This document shows, piece after piece, positions 23,007 to 35,500 of a stretch of 64,000 nucleotides of DNA. Under the pieces are notes generated by a model. The model searched no databases. It was not told the origin of the DNA and saw only the letters and a program-made list of their open reading frames with translations. This stretch comes from Aplysia californica. Lineage: Eukaryota. The DNA lies in contig NW_004797602.1 of assembly GCF_000002075.1 (NCBI RefSeq), forward strand, positions 34,304 through 98,303. Direction: 5' to 3'. The stretch's first letter is position 1. Every line of letters starts with the position of its first letter. Made by a program: the position numbers and the translations under genes.

Positions 23007-26000
23007 ATATATGGTTCTAAAGCCGATTACCTCACTAGCTGCCAGGCTCTTGGGAGTTTCGGATAAAATTTGAGTAATAGGTACCAAAGGCCTTGCATTC
23101 TTCACACATTGAGCCATAAAGTGCCTGGCAGCGAGTGAGTTTAGGCTCAATGTTAAGTACTTCCTTTGGGGGAGCATTCACCCTTTCCTCAGTGAACTAT
23201 ATCATGTGATATTCCTTGTAGCTAGTTAGTTAACACCCATGCACTCTGACTATAGAGAAATATAAACATAGTCTCAAACTTACTGACTGGACAGGTGACC
23301 TAAATGAGAAAAAGTTTGTAGTACTACATGTATGTGGATGGTTGATTGTATTAAAAATTTATTTAGACAATTAAACTGTCTGTATCATACTTTTACCTTG
23401 TCCGTTCATTTTCAAATTTTGTGGCTTCCTGTGAACTTGTGATGCATGTGAAGTGTGGGCGGTTGGAGGTTGCCACCTGGGAAGTTTTTTTTATTGAGTA
23501 GCTTCTTATATTTTTGATGGGATGCTGTATTCCATTAATACTGGGTTAGTTCTGACAGGCTGGGTCGAAGTAACCCACCTCTTAAATGATCTAAATCGTG
23601 TCAATGGGCACATACATTTTTTACTACTTGGGAGAGGGAAGGGGGGGGGGACGTTTACTCAGTTTGCAAGATTTGAAATTTTGAGTAAATTCAAGTGTTC
23701 AAGTAGACATTTTTTATAGTAAATGTATTGCCATATGATCATTTTCAGACTAAAGGCTCCAACATTTTCAGTTATAGCTATGCTGACAAGCCTAGTATGA
23801 ATCTTTTTTTTAACCTTGTACATGTAATTTGCCATATTTAGGCATTTTATTGGGCTTTCCACCTATTCATGGAAACACCATTTTCAAGGCTTTCCATCCA
23901 TTTGGCTTGGTCCCATCAGAGATGGACATTATATTCAGAGGTCCTGCCTTTTAAAATCTTTTGGCGTTGAAAGGGACATTAAACAGCTTTAAACCCATAC
24001 AATCTAATATGAAAGCATTATTATCAGCTCAGTTGGTGTCATGCTGGGTGGTGTTGAGGATGACCCTGTTCCGAATCTCCAATGGTGTGTGTGGGCGTTA
24101 GTGAGCTTGGATTGTTTAAGGAGAATTCAAGGCTCTCTCCCTCTTTAACTCTGTCCTATCAAAGATGTAAGCCTACGTTGTAAACATTTAAGAGTATTTA
24201 GAATCAAAGGGTTGGTTAAAAAAATAAATACCATACTGTCTGTTCATACTGGGCATAGATCATGTTTATTTGTAGCTGCAGGTTCTGCCCCAAGTCAAAT
24301 TTAGAGAATATTGAAAAAGATGTAAAACTCAGAATTACCGTACCATAAAACAAATTCTCAGAACAGCATCTTTAGATAGGTACAACAAATTCTCAAAACA
24401 GCTACATCTTTAGATGGGTACAGCAAGAAGTCCAATTAGCAGTCTGTGGATTCAGTATGGTTGAAATGAGCGTCCCTTATGGAACCAAAAAGTCCTGATA
24501 TGTTTTCGTTTTTTAGTATAGCCTACTCAGATCTCAGATTGCTCTTTGTGTATCTTACAATACTTATGTTAGATTATTATGCGCATGTAGCACATACTCA
24601 AACGGATGGTTGGAGTTTGGAGGGAACCACTGGTAGGTCCTTCTTTCCTTTTCCACTGGTGTTTCTGTTTTGCTTTTTTCCTTGCACTAACTTCATACCG
24701 TAAACATTTCTGTGTCGATGCGTTTCAGATTATCTTTACTCAAACAAGCTCATACTCAAATATTACTTGTTCTTGCACCTCATGTCTGTCTGTATAAAGT
24801 AGGTGGTTGGCGGGTGTTCTGGTGTGACTTGCTCCTTCATTCCTATCAAACACTTATCGTCCTTGTCTCTCCTCTTTTTTTACGTTTGTTACTCTCTTGC
24901 AACACCTCTAATTTTCAGCACTTATGTGACATAATTGTGTTGCAAGTGCCTTAAAAACACTAACACGAAAAATGTCTGTACGGAATAAAAGGTCTCGGTC
25001 ATCGGTTGATGTACAACTATACAAGAAACCTGTTGTGTCCGTTATATATGTTGTCTGCATCTGCCACATTACCAAACATTACAAACCTATCCTGCCACAA
25101 GAACTCCCCTACAAAATTGTTGGTGTTAATAATAATACCTGAGCTCTACAATAGTGGCAATGCCAAAACTTTCATATGGTACTCCATTATTTTAGAATTG
25201 CACACCCTAGAGTCTATCGTGTAATGGTTAGAACTTATGACTCTACGTTGTTGCACATAAAAGATTTGATTTCCATTCCCAAGTGGGAGATATTTTATCA
25301 AGTAGGCCTATCTTCATCTATCTCAGCACGGGCTGGCCTTGACAGGTAAGATCAAAGTAGCCCATCTAATAAATTGTCTAAATTGTTTCACGCGACAAAA
25401 CATTAACAGTTTTTTTGTTGTTGTTTTTTTTAACAATATCCCTATAAACCACAAACCATTCATGAGGAGACATCATTGCATAGAAATCTAAAACAAATGG
25501 TGCCAGAGTAACTTTTAAAAGTAACAATCGAATTGTTAGCTATTTGATCAAACAAAACGAATGAAATTATAACAGAAGGATAATTCTTTGCATAAATATA
25601 TACTAAATTTATTCATAAATATATATTATATACATATGAGATATTTACATGTCATCATAACTATTACCTCCGCAGGTACAACAATATATGTTCACTTAAT
25701 AATTGTCTCTTTTTCATTCTCTCTACTTTTACATGTTCTTTTTCCCAGCCAATCATCCAATCAGAACTTAGCACATATATCTGCAATTACTCAAACATGC
25801 ATACACACAAAGGCACAACTCAGATCTTTTATTTGCAGCTAGCTGTGGAGCAACAGAAAGGGCATGTTCTGAACTTACATGTAACTGCATGACCTCAATG
25901 TTGCACAATACTATGACAGTCGACTCCACTTGTGTTGAGCTCACTTGAGTTGATTATCGGTTAAGTTGATCTTTTCCTTGGGTCTCAGCACCTCTTCTTC

Positions 26001-26490
26001 TCTAGTCGACTATATAATATAGGCCTAATTAGACAAACATTTCTATGCCAAGGGTGTCAGGCAACGCATTTTATCATGGGAGGTTAGGTTAGAGAGCATA
26101 ACTAAATCAGTATACTTGTCTCCACTACCAGCAGCACTACCTCCAAGATCCGTGATGAGAATGTTCACTCTGCAGAATGCTTTCAAAGAAACCCGTTGGA
26201 CTTCCTGAATCTTGCTCACGTTTTCCAAACATTCACTTGATAGAAAAGAACCCATTCTTTTCATTCACTTGGTGTATCATGTATGCACTTTAGAGTAAAA
26301 TTATTACAATCTCAATCTTAGAGGTGGGTAAATTTTTTCTCAGAAAGCATAATTTGGAGGTACAATACAGACCAAACTGCAAGACACAACGGTAGGTCAC
26401 TAAGGTGATTTATAAGTAGGCCTACCGAAGAAAAGCAGAACCAAGCAATTTCTAAGGAAAAAGACTGATGAGGATATATGGGTGGTGATG

Positions 26491-26580
26491 TTAGCTTGTA
26501 TAACGAGACTCTGGGAAATAATCGCCACTGTCATCCATGTTTTCCAAATCTGAGAACTGCTGCAAGTGATACTTGGTTAC
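26491..26580 (-). CDS. TMEM17: TMEM17 terminal coding exon 5
   Basis: Acceptor ttcttccag; VTKYHLQQFSDLENMDDSGDYFPESRYTS*. Confidence 0.88.
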   Translation of the reverse strand, partial: VTKYHLQQFSDLENMDDSGDYFPESRYTS

Positions 26581-29500
26581 CTGGAAGAATAAAAGAAGGA
26601 AAATAAANNNNNNNNNNNNNNNNNNNNNNNNNNNNNNNNNNNNNNNNNNNNNNNNNNNNNNNNNNNNNNNNNNNNNNNNNNNNNNNNNNNNNNNNNNNNN
26701 NNNNNNNNNNNNNNNNNNNNNNNNNNNNNNNNNNNNGTTTGTCATTTAACTCTTCATGTCCGGTGAGCCATTGGGAGCGGCTCGGCGTGAAGTGAGTTTG
26801 GCCGCTGACAAGGGCTTGCTACACTAGCCTTCATTAAATACACGCGAAAGTAGTATTTCACGACATCAACCGAAATTATGGTCGTAAATGCCGAAAATAG
26901 GTCTTTTTCTGTTTGTACTTTCATTTTGTAGTGTTTGTGCGGGTGCGTATGCTAGATTTGATGGCTTGTTTCCAAACAGCTGATTTTCTGTGTCTAATTT
27001 GTTTGTGTTGGTTAGGGAGATTATCGTTGCTGAAGATTGCTCCTGAAATAATTATAGTGACAGTTTTCTTGTTTCGATTATACTGAGACAAATTTTCATT
27101 CCATTTGAATATTATAAATCTAGATCTAGATGTTGGTTCTTGTTGAGGCTCTATTCAGGTTAGTTCATCGTAGTGTGTAGGCCTATTCTATGTGAATGTG
27201 ACTTTTTTATGCGTTTATTGTACACCTCAGCTTACACCTGGAAACTTCAAAGAATTACTCAAAATTTTGGTGTATTTCAAAAGGATGGGCTTCAAAGTAG
27301 CTACAGCCACCATAGATGTAATCCTAGAATGTTTATCAACATTTTTGCTTCTTTTACTTTGGCTCTGTGTTCAAGTTTTATAAAGTTACACCCATATTTG
27401 TGTGAACAATGTTATGTAATATAGCAACTTTTTTGTGCTATGGCCCTTTACTTCAATAGTCTATATTTATTCTTCCATAAAAGCATCTAAAAAAATGAAG
27501 ATCAATAAAAGCAACTTTCATTTCTGAACACAAACATACCAAAAGTTTTGATGTGGGCCTAGCAGACTGAAAGTTATACTTTTGTAACCCACCATTCTGC
27601 TGTATAGGATCAGTCCCTGGGAGGCTTCGGTCAGGATCAGAACGAAAATCTTCTACGGACATGAAGAGTTAATAACATTTTACTTGGTTCAGGCTGTCCA
27701 ACTTTTCATATATGGCATTTTGAACACAAAATGCTATGACAAGTATGTGGTCTGCAACAGTTAAGCTTTTTGCAGGAGCATGCAGGACACATGGGTTCGA
27801 TTCCTGCGTGGGGAGGAGTCTCCATCTGTCCCCTGTGATGTGATCTACCACAGGCAGGGATGCAACAGCCTGCACTGAGATTATCTAGATTTTGTTGTTG
27901 TGGAGATAACAGAGTTACAACCAAAATTATCAGGTGCTTGTCCAACTTCTCATCTGAAATTTTCATACAAAATGTCAAGATCAGTTAGCAGACAGCTTGT
28001 TCAGCATTCTTCAATGCCGCTAACACATGCTAGCCTTAGCCTTCAAACAATAGCTACAGTAATCCATTCAACAAACCAAGGCAGGCAGACAGAAACAACT
28101 GAGAGAAAGAAAAATAGTACGACCGACAAGTGGCATCCTTCTACAATCACTCACATTTTTAGAGCACAGAAAAAATGTAAAACATGTAAAAGAAACAACA
28201 AGGGGAAGTAAAAAAAGGAGGACCTACTGTAGTGCCTTCCAACCAGCCAAATTACTTAACCCTAGAAGCGCTCAGCGTTTCACCGGAAGTAACCCGCCAA
28301 AAATGCCCCGCCGCCACGGCCGATCAGTTGTAAACATGGGGGTTTGGCGGGGGGGGAAACAGCTGAGATACCCGAAATGTATACCTGCTACTGAAAAATG
28401 ACCATTTACGGCTCAACAGATGATAAAAAGCATATATATAAAAGCATATATTTTCTTTAAGCTGATAGAATGAGCCATTCAAAAATGATCAGCCATCAAA
28501 CAAATACAAACAATGCCGAGAACGCGATAGACTCAACAATTAGTACATCAGCACGGCGAAACAAGTGATAACACATAGCGTGTAGTCGCTCAGCGGGACC
28601 GCGTCACTTTATCGATCGATATTTCGGCCAAGAGACGCTCTACGAGGTCAAGATAACTTGCAAAGTCATTGGTCACTATTTATAACTTTGGCCTGTAATT
28701 GACTACGTCATTTTCCATATAAGGAACACTGGAATTTTCCATTGAAAAGGGTCAGCGTCTATGCCCTTTATATAGGGCCTGCGCGCTTCCCGGTCGAAGT
28801 AGGTCAGCCCTATATATAGGGCGTGCGCGCTTCCCGGGTAGCCCGGCTCACGCCCTTTATATAGGGCCTGCGCGCTTCCAGGGTTAATGCAAACCTGTGA
28901 AGACATCTTACCTGATAATTCACCATTGCCCGAATGGCAAAATACCCGATGACGACCTCAAAGAGGACAAAAATACCCATGATGAGATGTAACGCCCTCT
29001 CCATGGGAAGCAGAATGGCGCTGTCGTTGATGTTGAGGAGTAGGATGAGGGGAGTGCTCAACAGCAGGGTGAGGAGCCAGCTACCAGCCAGTTCAGGAAC
29101 CTGCCGAGAGGCAAGCCCAAAGTCAGTCATGGTCTTGTTTGTTCGAATAAAAAGAGAAAGGAGCACATCGACATAATATCAGCCATTTAATTTATATAAA
29201 GAGAAGCGTATCAATACGACAGCAGAAATTTTGTTTGTTTGAGTAAATTGAAGCTATAACAGTCATTTAACCCTTCCAGGCCCATTCTCGTATATTTTCA
29301 GCAGCCTTGTACCTCCCACCACCCCAAGAGCGTATATTCTCAGTTTCGGGGGTACCGAATTTGAGCATTTTTCTAAATTAGCGAATTTAATTAAACTTTA
29401 ATTTTCATAATATTTGTTTATATATGCTACCTTTAACTCACTGAGCACAGCTCCCGCAGCATATGTGGTCAGGAAAAATTCGCGTCGGGGACCGCGCGAC

Positions 29501-32500
29501 CGCAGCGTATGCGGGTTCAACTATAATTGACTATAAAGTAAACCCAGCAGTTTAAAAATGCTTGCAAATAGCCCCAGTGGTTTCAACAGGACATCGACAA
29601 GCTAGTTCTTTATGCTAGAGAGCAGCCTTAGAAACAAGGCTGAGAAGCGCCAACAACGAAAGGAAAACAGTGGAAATACAGAGCTTCGATCTACGACACT
29701 GACATGCAAGTTCGGCGACAGAATCTGAGCTTCAAACATATAGTATGATTTAGGAAGAATTAGCCATGAAAGAAACAGCATGAAGACAACCTTGAGACCA
29801 TCTTAAGCTAAATGACCGTCTGCATAGACGAAAAGAGTCGCCACTTTTAGTGCGAATAAACGGATTATTTGTCCAACAGACTGAACAATTGAAAGTAAGG
29901 AACTTCCGCGCAGTTTGTTGTTGTTTCTCGTATGCGAAGCATGGCACGGCGAGTTGTGTCGAGGTTTATTGAAACTCTCGATAATTTTGGAGAAGATTTA
30001 AGTGACAGTGAAGTATCACATAGATAACTTCATAAATCAAAATGTGAATTCGCCTAGTACTAGTAGTGATGAAGATGACTGAGAAAATGACATTAGATCT
30101 AGGTCTAGACCAATATCGTCTATCGATCGTGAATCTGAAACATCAGCGAGTACGCAGCCTGGTCCAGCTGGGGTTGATGATAAATCTAGCCCAAGTACTA
30201 AACTCAAATCAGCCCTCAAAGTGGAGAAGATATATAATGTACCCAGACCTGGGACATCTATTGACAGATCTAGATCTAGTCTTAGCACTAGCAACACTGA
30301 CAATGAAAACACTTCTCAGCCTGTCACCGTGGAAGATTTAGATCTATATTTATATTTTTTTTCCTTTTTCAAAATTAATTATCATTTACATTTTTATGCT
30401 ACTTCACTGTACACACTCATGCTTCATTCTCCTACACACAAACACACACTGCCACAACCATTTTGTATAAGTTTATTAGATTTCTGCTTTGTCACATCAC
30501 TTCCTTTTTTTTTTTCAAATCTTTTTTTCTTGGGCAAATTTGTCCCAACTTTCTGTCCCATACATTTTTTATCGTTCATTCTTCACAAAATGTGTTTATT
30601 GTGTCTGTTGAACCCGTACCCGCACAGAAAATTTCAAAGAAATAGCACATCATTTCAATTTTTAAATGAATTTTCAAAAAGTGGGGGAAATTGGTGGTCA
30701 CCTAGGGCTTGGAGTTGGAGGCAAATTGAGGCGTGGTGCTCAGTGAGTTAAACATTGTTAATGTTATTATGTACCTCATTACAAAGATAATACATCACTT
30801 TTTAGAGAGCACACCTCTTTTTCTACTGTATTGGCTGGGACTGGGGTTAGGGAGTGCACAAAAATGGCTGGAGCCGGAAGGGTTAATTAGAGCAAAGATA
30901 TGCACATCAACACAATAATGGTCACTTGGTGTGCACAACAAAAAGGAAAAAAACCAGACAGAAACAATAGGGAGAAAGACAAAAAGTATGTAGTAGCACC
31001 CTCCAACCACCCAAATATCAAGGAGCTGACAAACCAGACACATTTTTCAAACAGCGTTTTATAATTAACTAAAATTTCTTAAAGTTAAAGAGAGCACAAG
31101 CTAAGCAGTATCTGAATCAGATCACAAGTCCCTCAATCATTTTTTAGTTCCACTCGATACCCAAAAATTAAAACGACTCGCATTTATTCATTTGTCAGCT
31201 CATCTTAAAGTGAGCACTGTAACTTGGGGGTATTCTCATATTATATGACTAAAAGAGACAACTAAACAGTATCTATGAATTCTAGAACATTTCAACCGCT
31301 TAGGGAAAGATTAAGAAGTAAGATTGCGATTTATGTCATTTTGAAGACTGGCGTATGTTGGAGTCATACACTGAGAAGTCAATTTGTTGCAAGTGATAAA
31401 TGTTCAAAGTCCCTCCTCAACACAATTAGTATTACAGTATTAGGTTCATTTGAAGACCAGCTGCTTTGACCCAGCCTGTCATGGCCAACTTCAGCAGAGA
31501 GGGATAAAACATCTAAACAGACAGACATGATAGATACTCAATAAAGTTTCTCCCCATCTGGGAACTGAATTCGCATCTTCTTTGAGCAACGACAATGAGT
31601 GTATCCATTTCTCTGCAGACACTGGCAAATTCTTGACAATCCATGGAAATGAAAATAACAAACAAATGTGAGGCATGCTGACATAATAAGTCGCATCTCA
31701 CAATCCAAGAAAGAAGATATCAGTCAAAAATCAACAGTGAGAACAAATTTATAGAATTTCAATTGATGCCATTTTCTTTTAATTTAACATGTCTTTTATT
31801 ATTTCATACTTAGAAATTGTACAAAATTCACCTATAAATTTGACGGATCAATTCCCATAGACCTAAATTCCGAGAAGTAACTTATTTTGTTAGCACTCCT
31901 CAGAAATGAGTAGCATCATCCAGCGAGCGAAACTTACCCTTTCCATTAGATTTCCTAAATAGCCAAGATAAAGCCGTACAATTTCGATGATGAAATACAC
32001 AATATAGACCGCAGCCAGCACAATCCGGTACAAGTCATCCAAATACTCCCACTGTGGAATGAAGACCACAACAAGAGAAGCTAACGGATTAGAAAGTAAG
32101 AAAATGAAAAATCGTCTCTTATTGTTTGAGGGTTTTTTTAAAACGCATAAACACAATAAGTCATATGTCCTTCTATAATTGTGACAAGCAGGTTATCCAT
32201 CTACAGTGGAACTCGGATTCAACGAGGTCGTTGGGCCTGACCTAAAATCTCGTTGAATCCGAGTGGTCGTTATAGCAAACACGAGGTTTTGTGTAGATAA
32301 TTACAGGCACTGAGCAAGTAATGTACAAGAGAAGTCACAAGTAGTGCCTGAAATGCCTGCATATTATGAGCTGTGTAAAAAAAGACCGATTCGTTCAAAT
32401 ACACACGCCTGTGTCATCTCGATTGTTTACCAAAAAGTTGTGTTGCTGTGTAGAGCCTAGCATACGGCAACTTGATTCCATAGACCAGCGCACAATTCAG

Positions 32501-35500
32501 TATGTAGATCTACGTCAAGACTAGCTTATTTTTATAATATTATTATTGTAACAATGATCAGTTGCCGAGGGGAAAAAAGATTATGACCCGTTTGCATATA
32601 TATGCGAGGTTCAACGCCCGGACCGCTAGTGCCTGCCCCCCCCTTTCCACGACACACACACACACACACACACACACACAACCACATGTGTGCAGGCCGC
32701 CCATCCGACCCCGACACACGCCAGAGTAGACAAGTGCGCTCGCGTGCCAACAACACATGTGTTGGTATTTAAAAAGGCCGCTGACTGGTCGCATGCAATC
32801 AGCCATGTGAATAATGGTTCACGATGCAGGTGCAATGGATGGTTTCCGGGAATAGATAAAGTTTGTTCTGGGAGAAAAATTAGCTGAAGTCACGTCTGCG
32901 GGGGCTGTTCCCCCTGGAGGCGACCTCGTTGAATCCCAGCTCGATGATTTAAATGCTCGTTGAATCCGGGTCACTTTTATTGATTTTAAAGAAGAAAAAA
33001 AACGGGGAATCTATCTCATCTCGTTGAATCCGAGTTCCACTGTATTTGATCAAATTAAGAAATAATTTATTTGCTCTAGAGAATCAAAAATATAAAATTA
33101 CATTAGGTAGCAAAATGAACTTTCAGCATGTCATTCACTCGTCAGGACCGTTTTACAAGACTAGTTATTGTGTACTTTTTAAAGGTTAGAGTTAGAAGCT
33201 GGTGTGTGTGTGTGTGTGTTTTTTGCCCTGTAAGGAAAGGAGGGAGGATTGGAAAAAAGAGGTGCAGATGAATCTCCAAACTTAGATTTATAGGGGGTGC
33301 CCATTAGTGCAATCGGGGTCGGGTCGTAAGGTCTGGTTGTTTTCTGGTGGTTTCAGTGCACACTACAACCCCGCCACGATTGTACCCAACGACCTGGAAG
33401 TTAAAGTAGAGAAACCTTTAACCTCAATAGCTTCCAGGGCTTCTTTCCGCAGTTCTCTGTTGCAGTGCTGCTGCAGCCTGGAATCCCATAAATGAACATG
33501 GGTTACATCGATAACTTTCAATTATCAAAGATCGTTCATAACACGATAGTGATAGGCTAGTTCACTTGGCCCAAAAAAGTGTCAGTGGAAGTCCGTGCAT
33601 TGGTTCAGATGGCGCTGCAGTCTTTGTTTTGAAGCTCTCTTTCGTTTTTCCAGAAGAAGAAGAGGAATAGCACAGTTTGTCAATTTCGCTTTTATTATTT
33701 TTCACATAAGTAGGGTAACTCTGTTCGCAAAGTCCACACTTTTTTTAGGAGGGCGCAACCAGATTTTGAGGACCTTTTTTAATTCACTCAAAGAGAGGAG
33801 AGAACTATCTTGTTATTACAATCTTTGCTATTATCTTTTCTAGCTTTAAGTCAAAGGACTCCATTGTTGTCAACTGTTGATGGTATTTCTGCGCGGAAAA
33901 GCTTTACCTTGACATCTCAGTGTCAAACGCGTTTGTTTTTTGAGGTCACGGACCATGTCGATCGGTTTGTGCCACGATGACCGCTTTGCGCCCTCAATTT
34001 GGCTAGTCCCGACTACCAAATCGACCCGATCGCTTTAGTGGGCACCCCCTATTAGAGAAAGGACAGACATTAATCAGGCTAGAAAGCTGGTGTACTTAGT
34101 GGAAGAGGGACATAAATACTTCCTCTTAAGTGTACCTATGCATTCAGTGAATGGTGTCAGGACTTAACAGAAATAGGGATCTAATAAAGAAAATTAAAAA
34201 AAAAATTAAATGTGATACTGGTATACAAAAAAGAGAAATGACGAAGTTAAAAAAAAACCCCACTTACCTTAAGCTCTAAAATGACTAAACTTCCAATGAG
34301 CCACAATGGAAAGAAGAAACAGTTGAAATACAGAGCCATTTGAAGAGGAAGGTTTGTGACATACTCATGACCTGAAATGGAATTATGTAAAACTTTGTTT
34401 ACATTTTAACTCGCAAAATATTAAAAAATATATAACATTAGATTTAGAAATATTTTCAAGTGGAAAACTTTAGTGTTAATTCTTACAATGCAAGACATTT
34501 CAACTTTTTTTGAGGGGTAAGGCCTCTACCGCACAATGACAGTTCGTCCCACGACAGACCCGTCTGGAGTTTGAAACCTTTGAATTAGAGTGTAGAGTCC
34601 CGAGCAGTTGTGAATTGCTACAAAATTGGTGGGACAGGACTATCCCAGTCCCGGGTTAATATCATCTGTAATTATAGAGAAATATAGCTGCCTACCGCAT
34701 TACGACAAAACTGTCCCAGGCTTGGAGGCGCCTGCTGTCAAGATCGTGGCGCCTGCGTGTTGTGACGTATAATCACTTAAAAATTTGCCGCCCCGCGGTA
34801 TTAAACTTGGGGCACAAAATTTTAAAAATAATTATCGCATCTCAAAACCGATTTCATATCCGGAATCAGCCTCTCAAAATAAGCAAGATGGCTCTAGAGG
34901 AACCTGATTTGAAGCAATACTATGTAAACTTTAGCAAATAGTTTAATTCTTTAAATTTATCGTCAATGGTGAAGTTATGTATCATGGTCACCTGCTGCGT
35001 TTAGCAGATCAAAGCTTCTACACACAACACGGTGCAGTAGGCCCACATGGTCGTGTTTTGCATCTCGATTCTCAACTTTATTGTCAGCTGCAGTTGCTTG
35101 ATGATTTCTAAACAGCCTATTCTCATTAAAATGGATGTTGATCTAAATTGGATAGAAAACTTTATTTGTGCAATGGAAAGTAAACCATATTTGTACAACA
35201 AGGCTGATGTTGGTTATAGCAATCGAGACATAGAAGATAAGATGCAATCTAGATCTAGTTCTAGGCCTAGTACGGGCCGAATGGTGAAACACACACGCAC
35301 ACAAAAAATGTGATTCAACTTCGTAATCGGACATTAAATTGCGTTCCCTGCGTGAGTATTGTTAATTTTGGGTCGCTGATCACGAAAATCATATTATTTT
35401 TTTTAATTTGGACAATATTTAGGAAATTTTCGGAATGCATTTTTAACTCCGCCTTAGGCAACAACAAAGAAGCCGCCTTAGGCGCCAGATCAGTCCTGTC

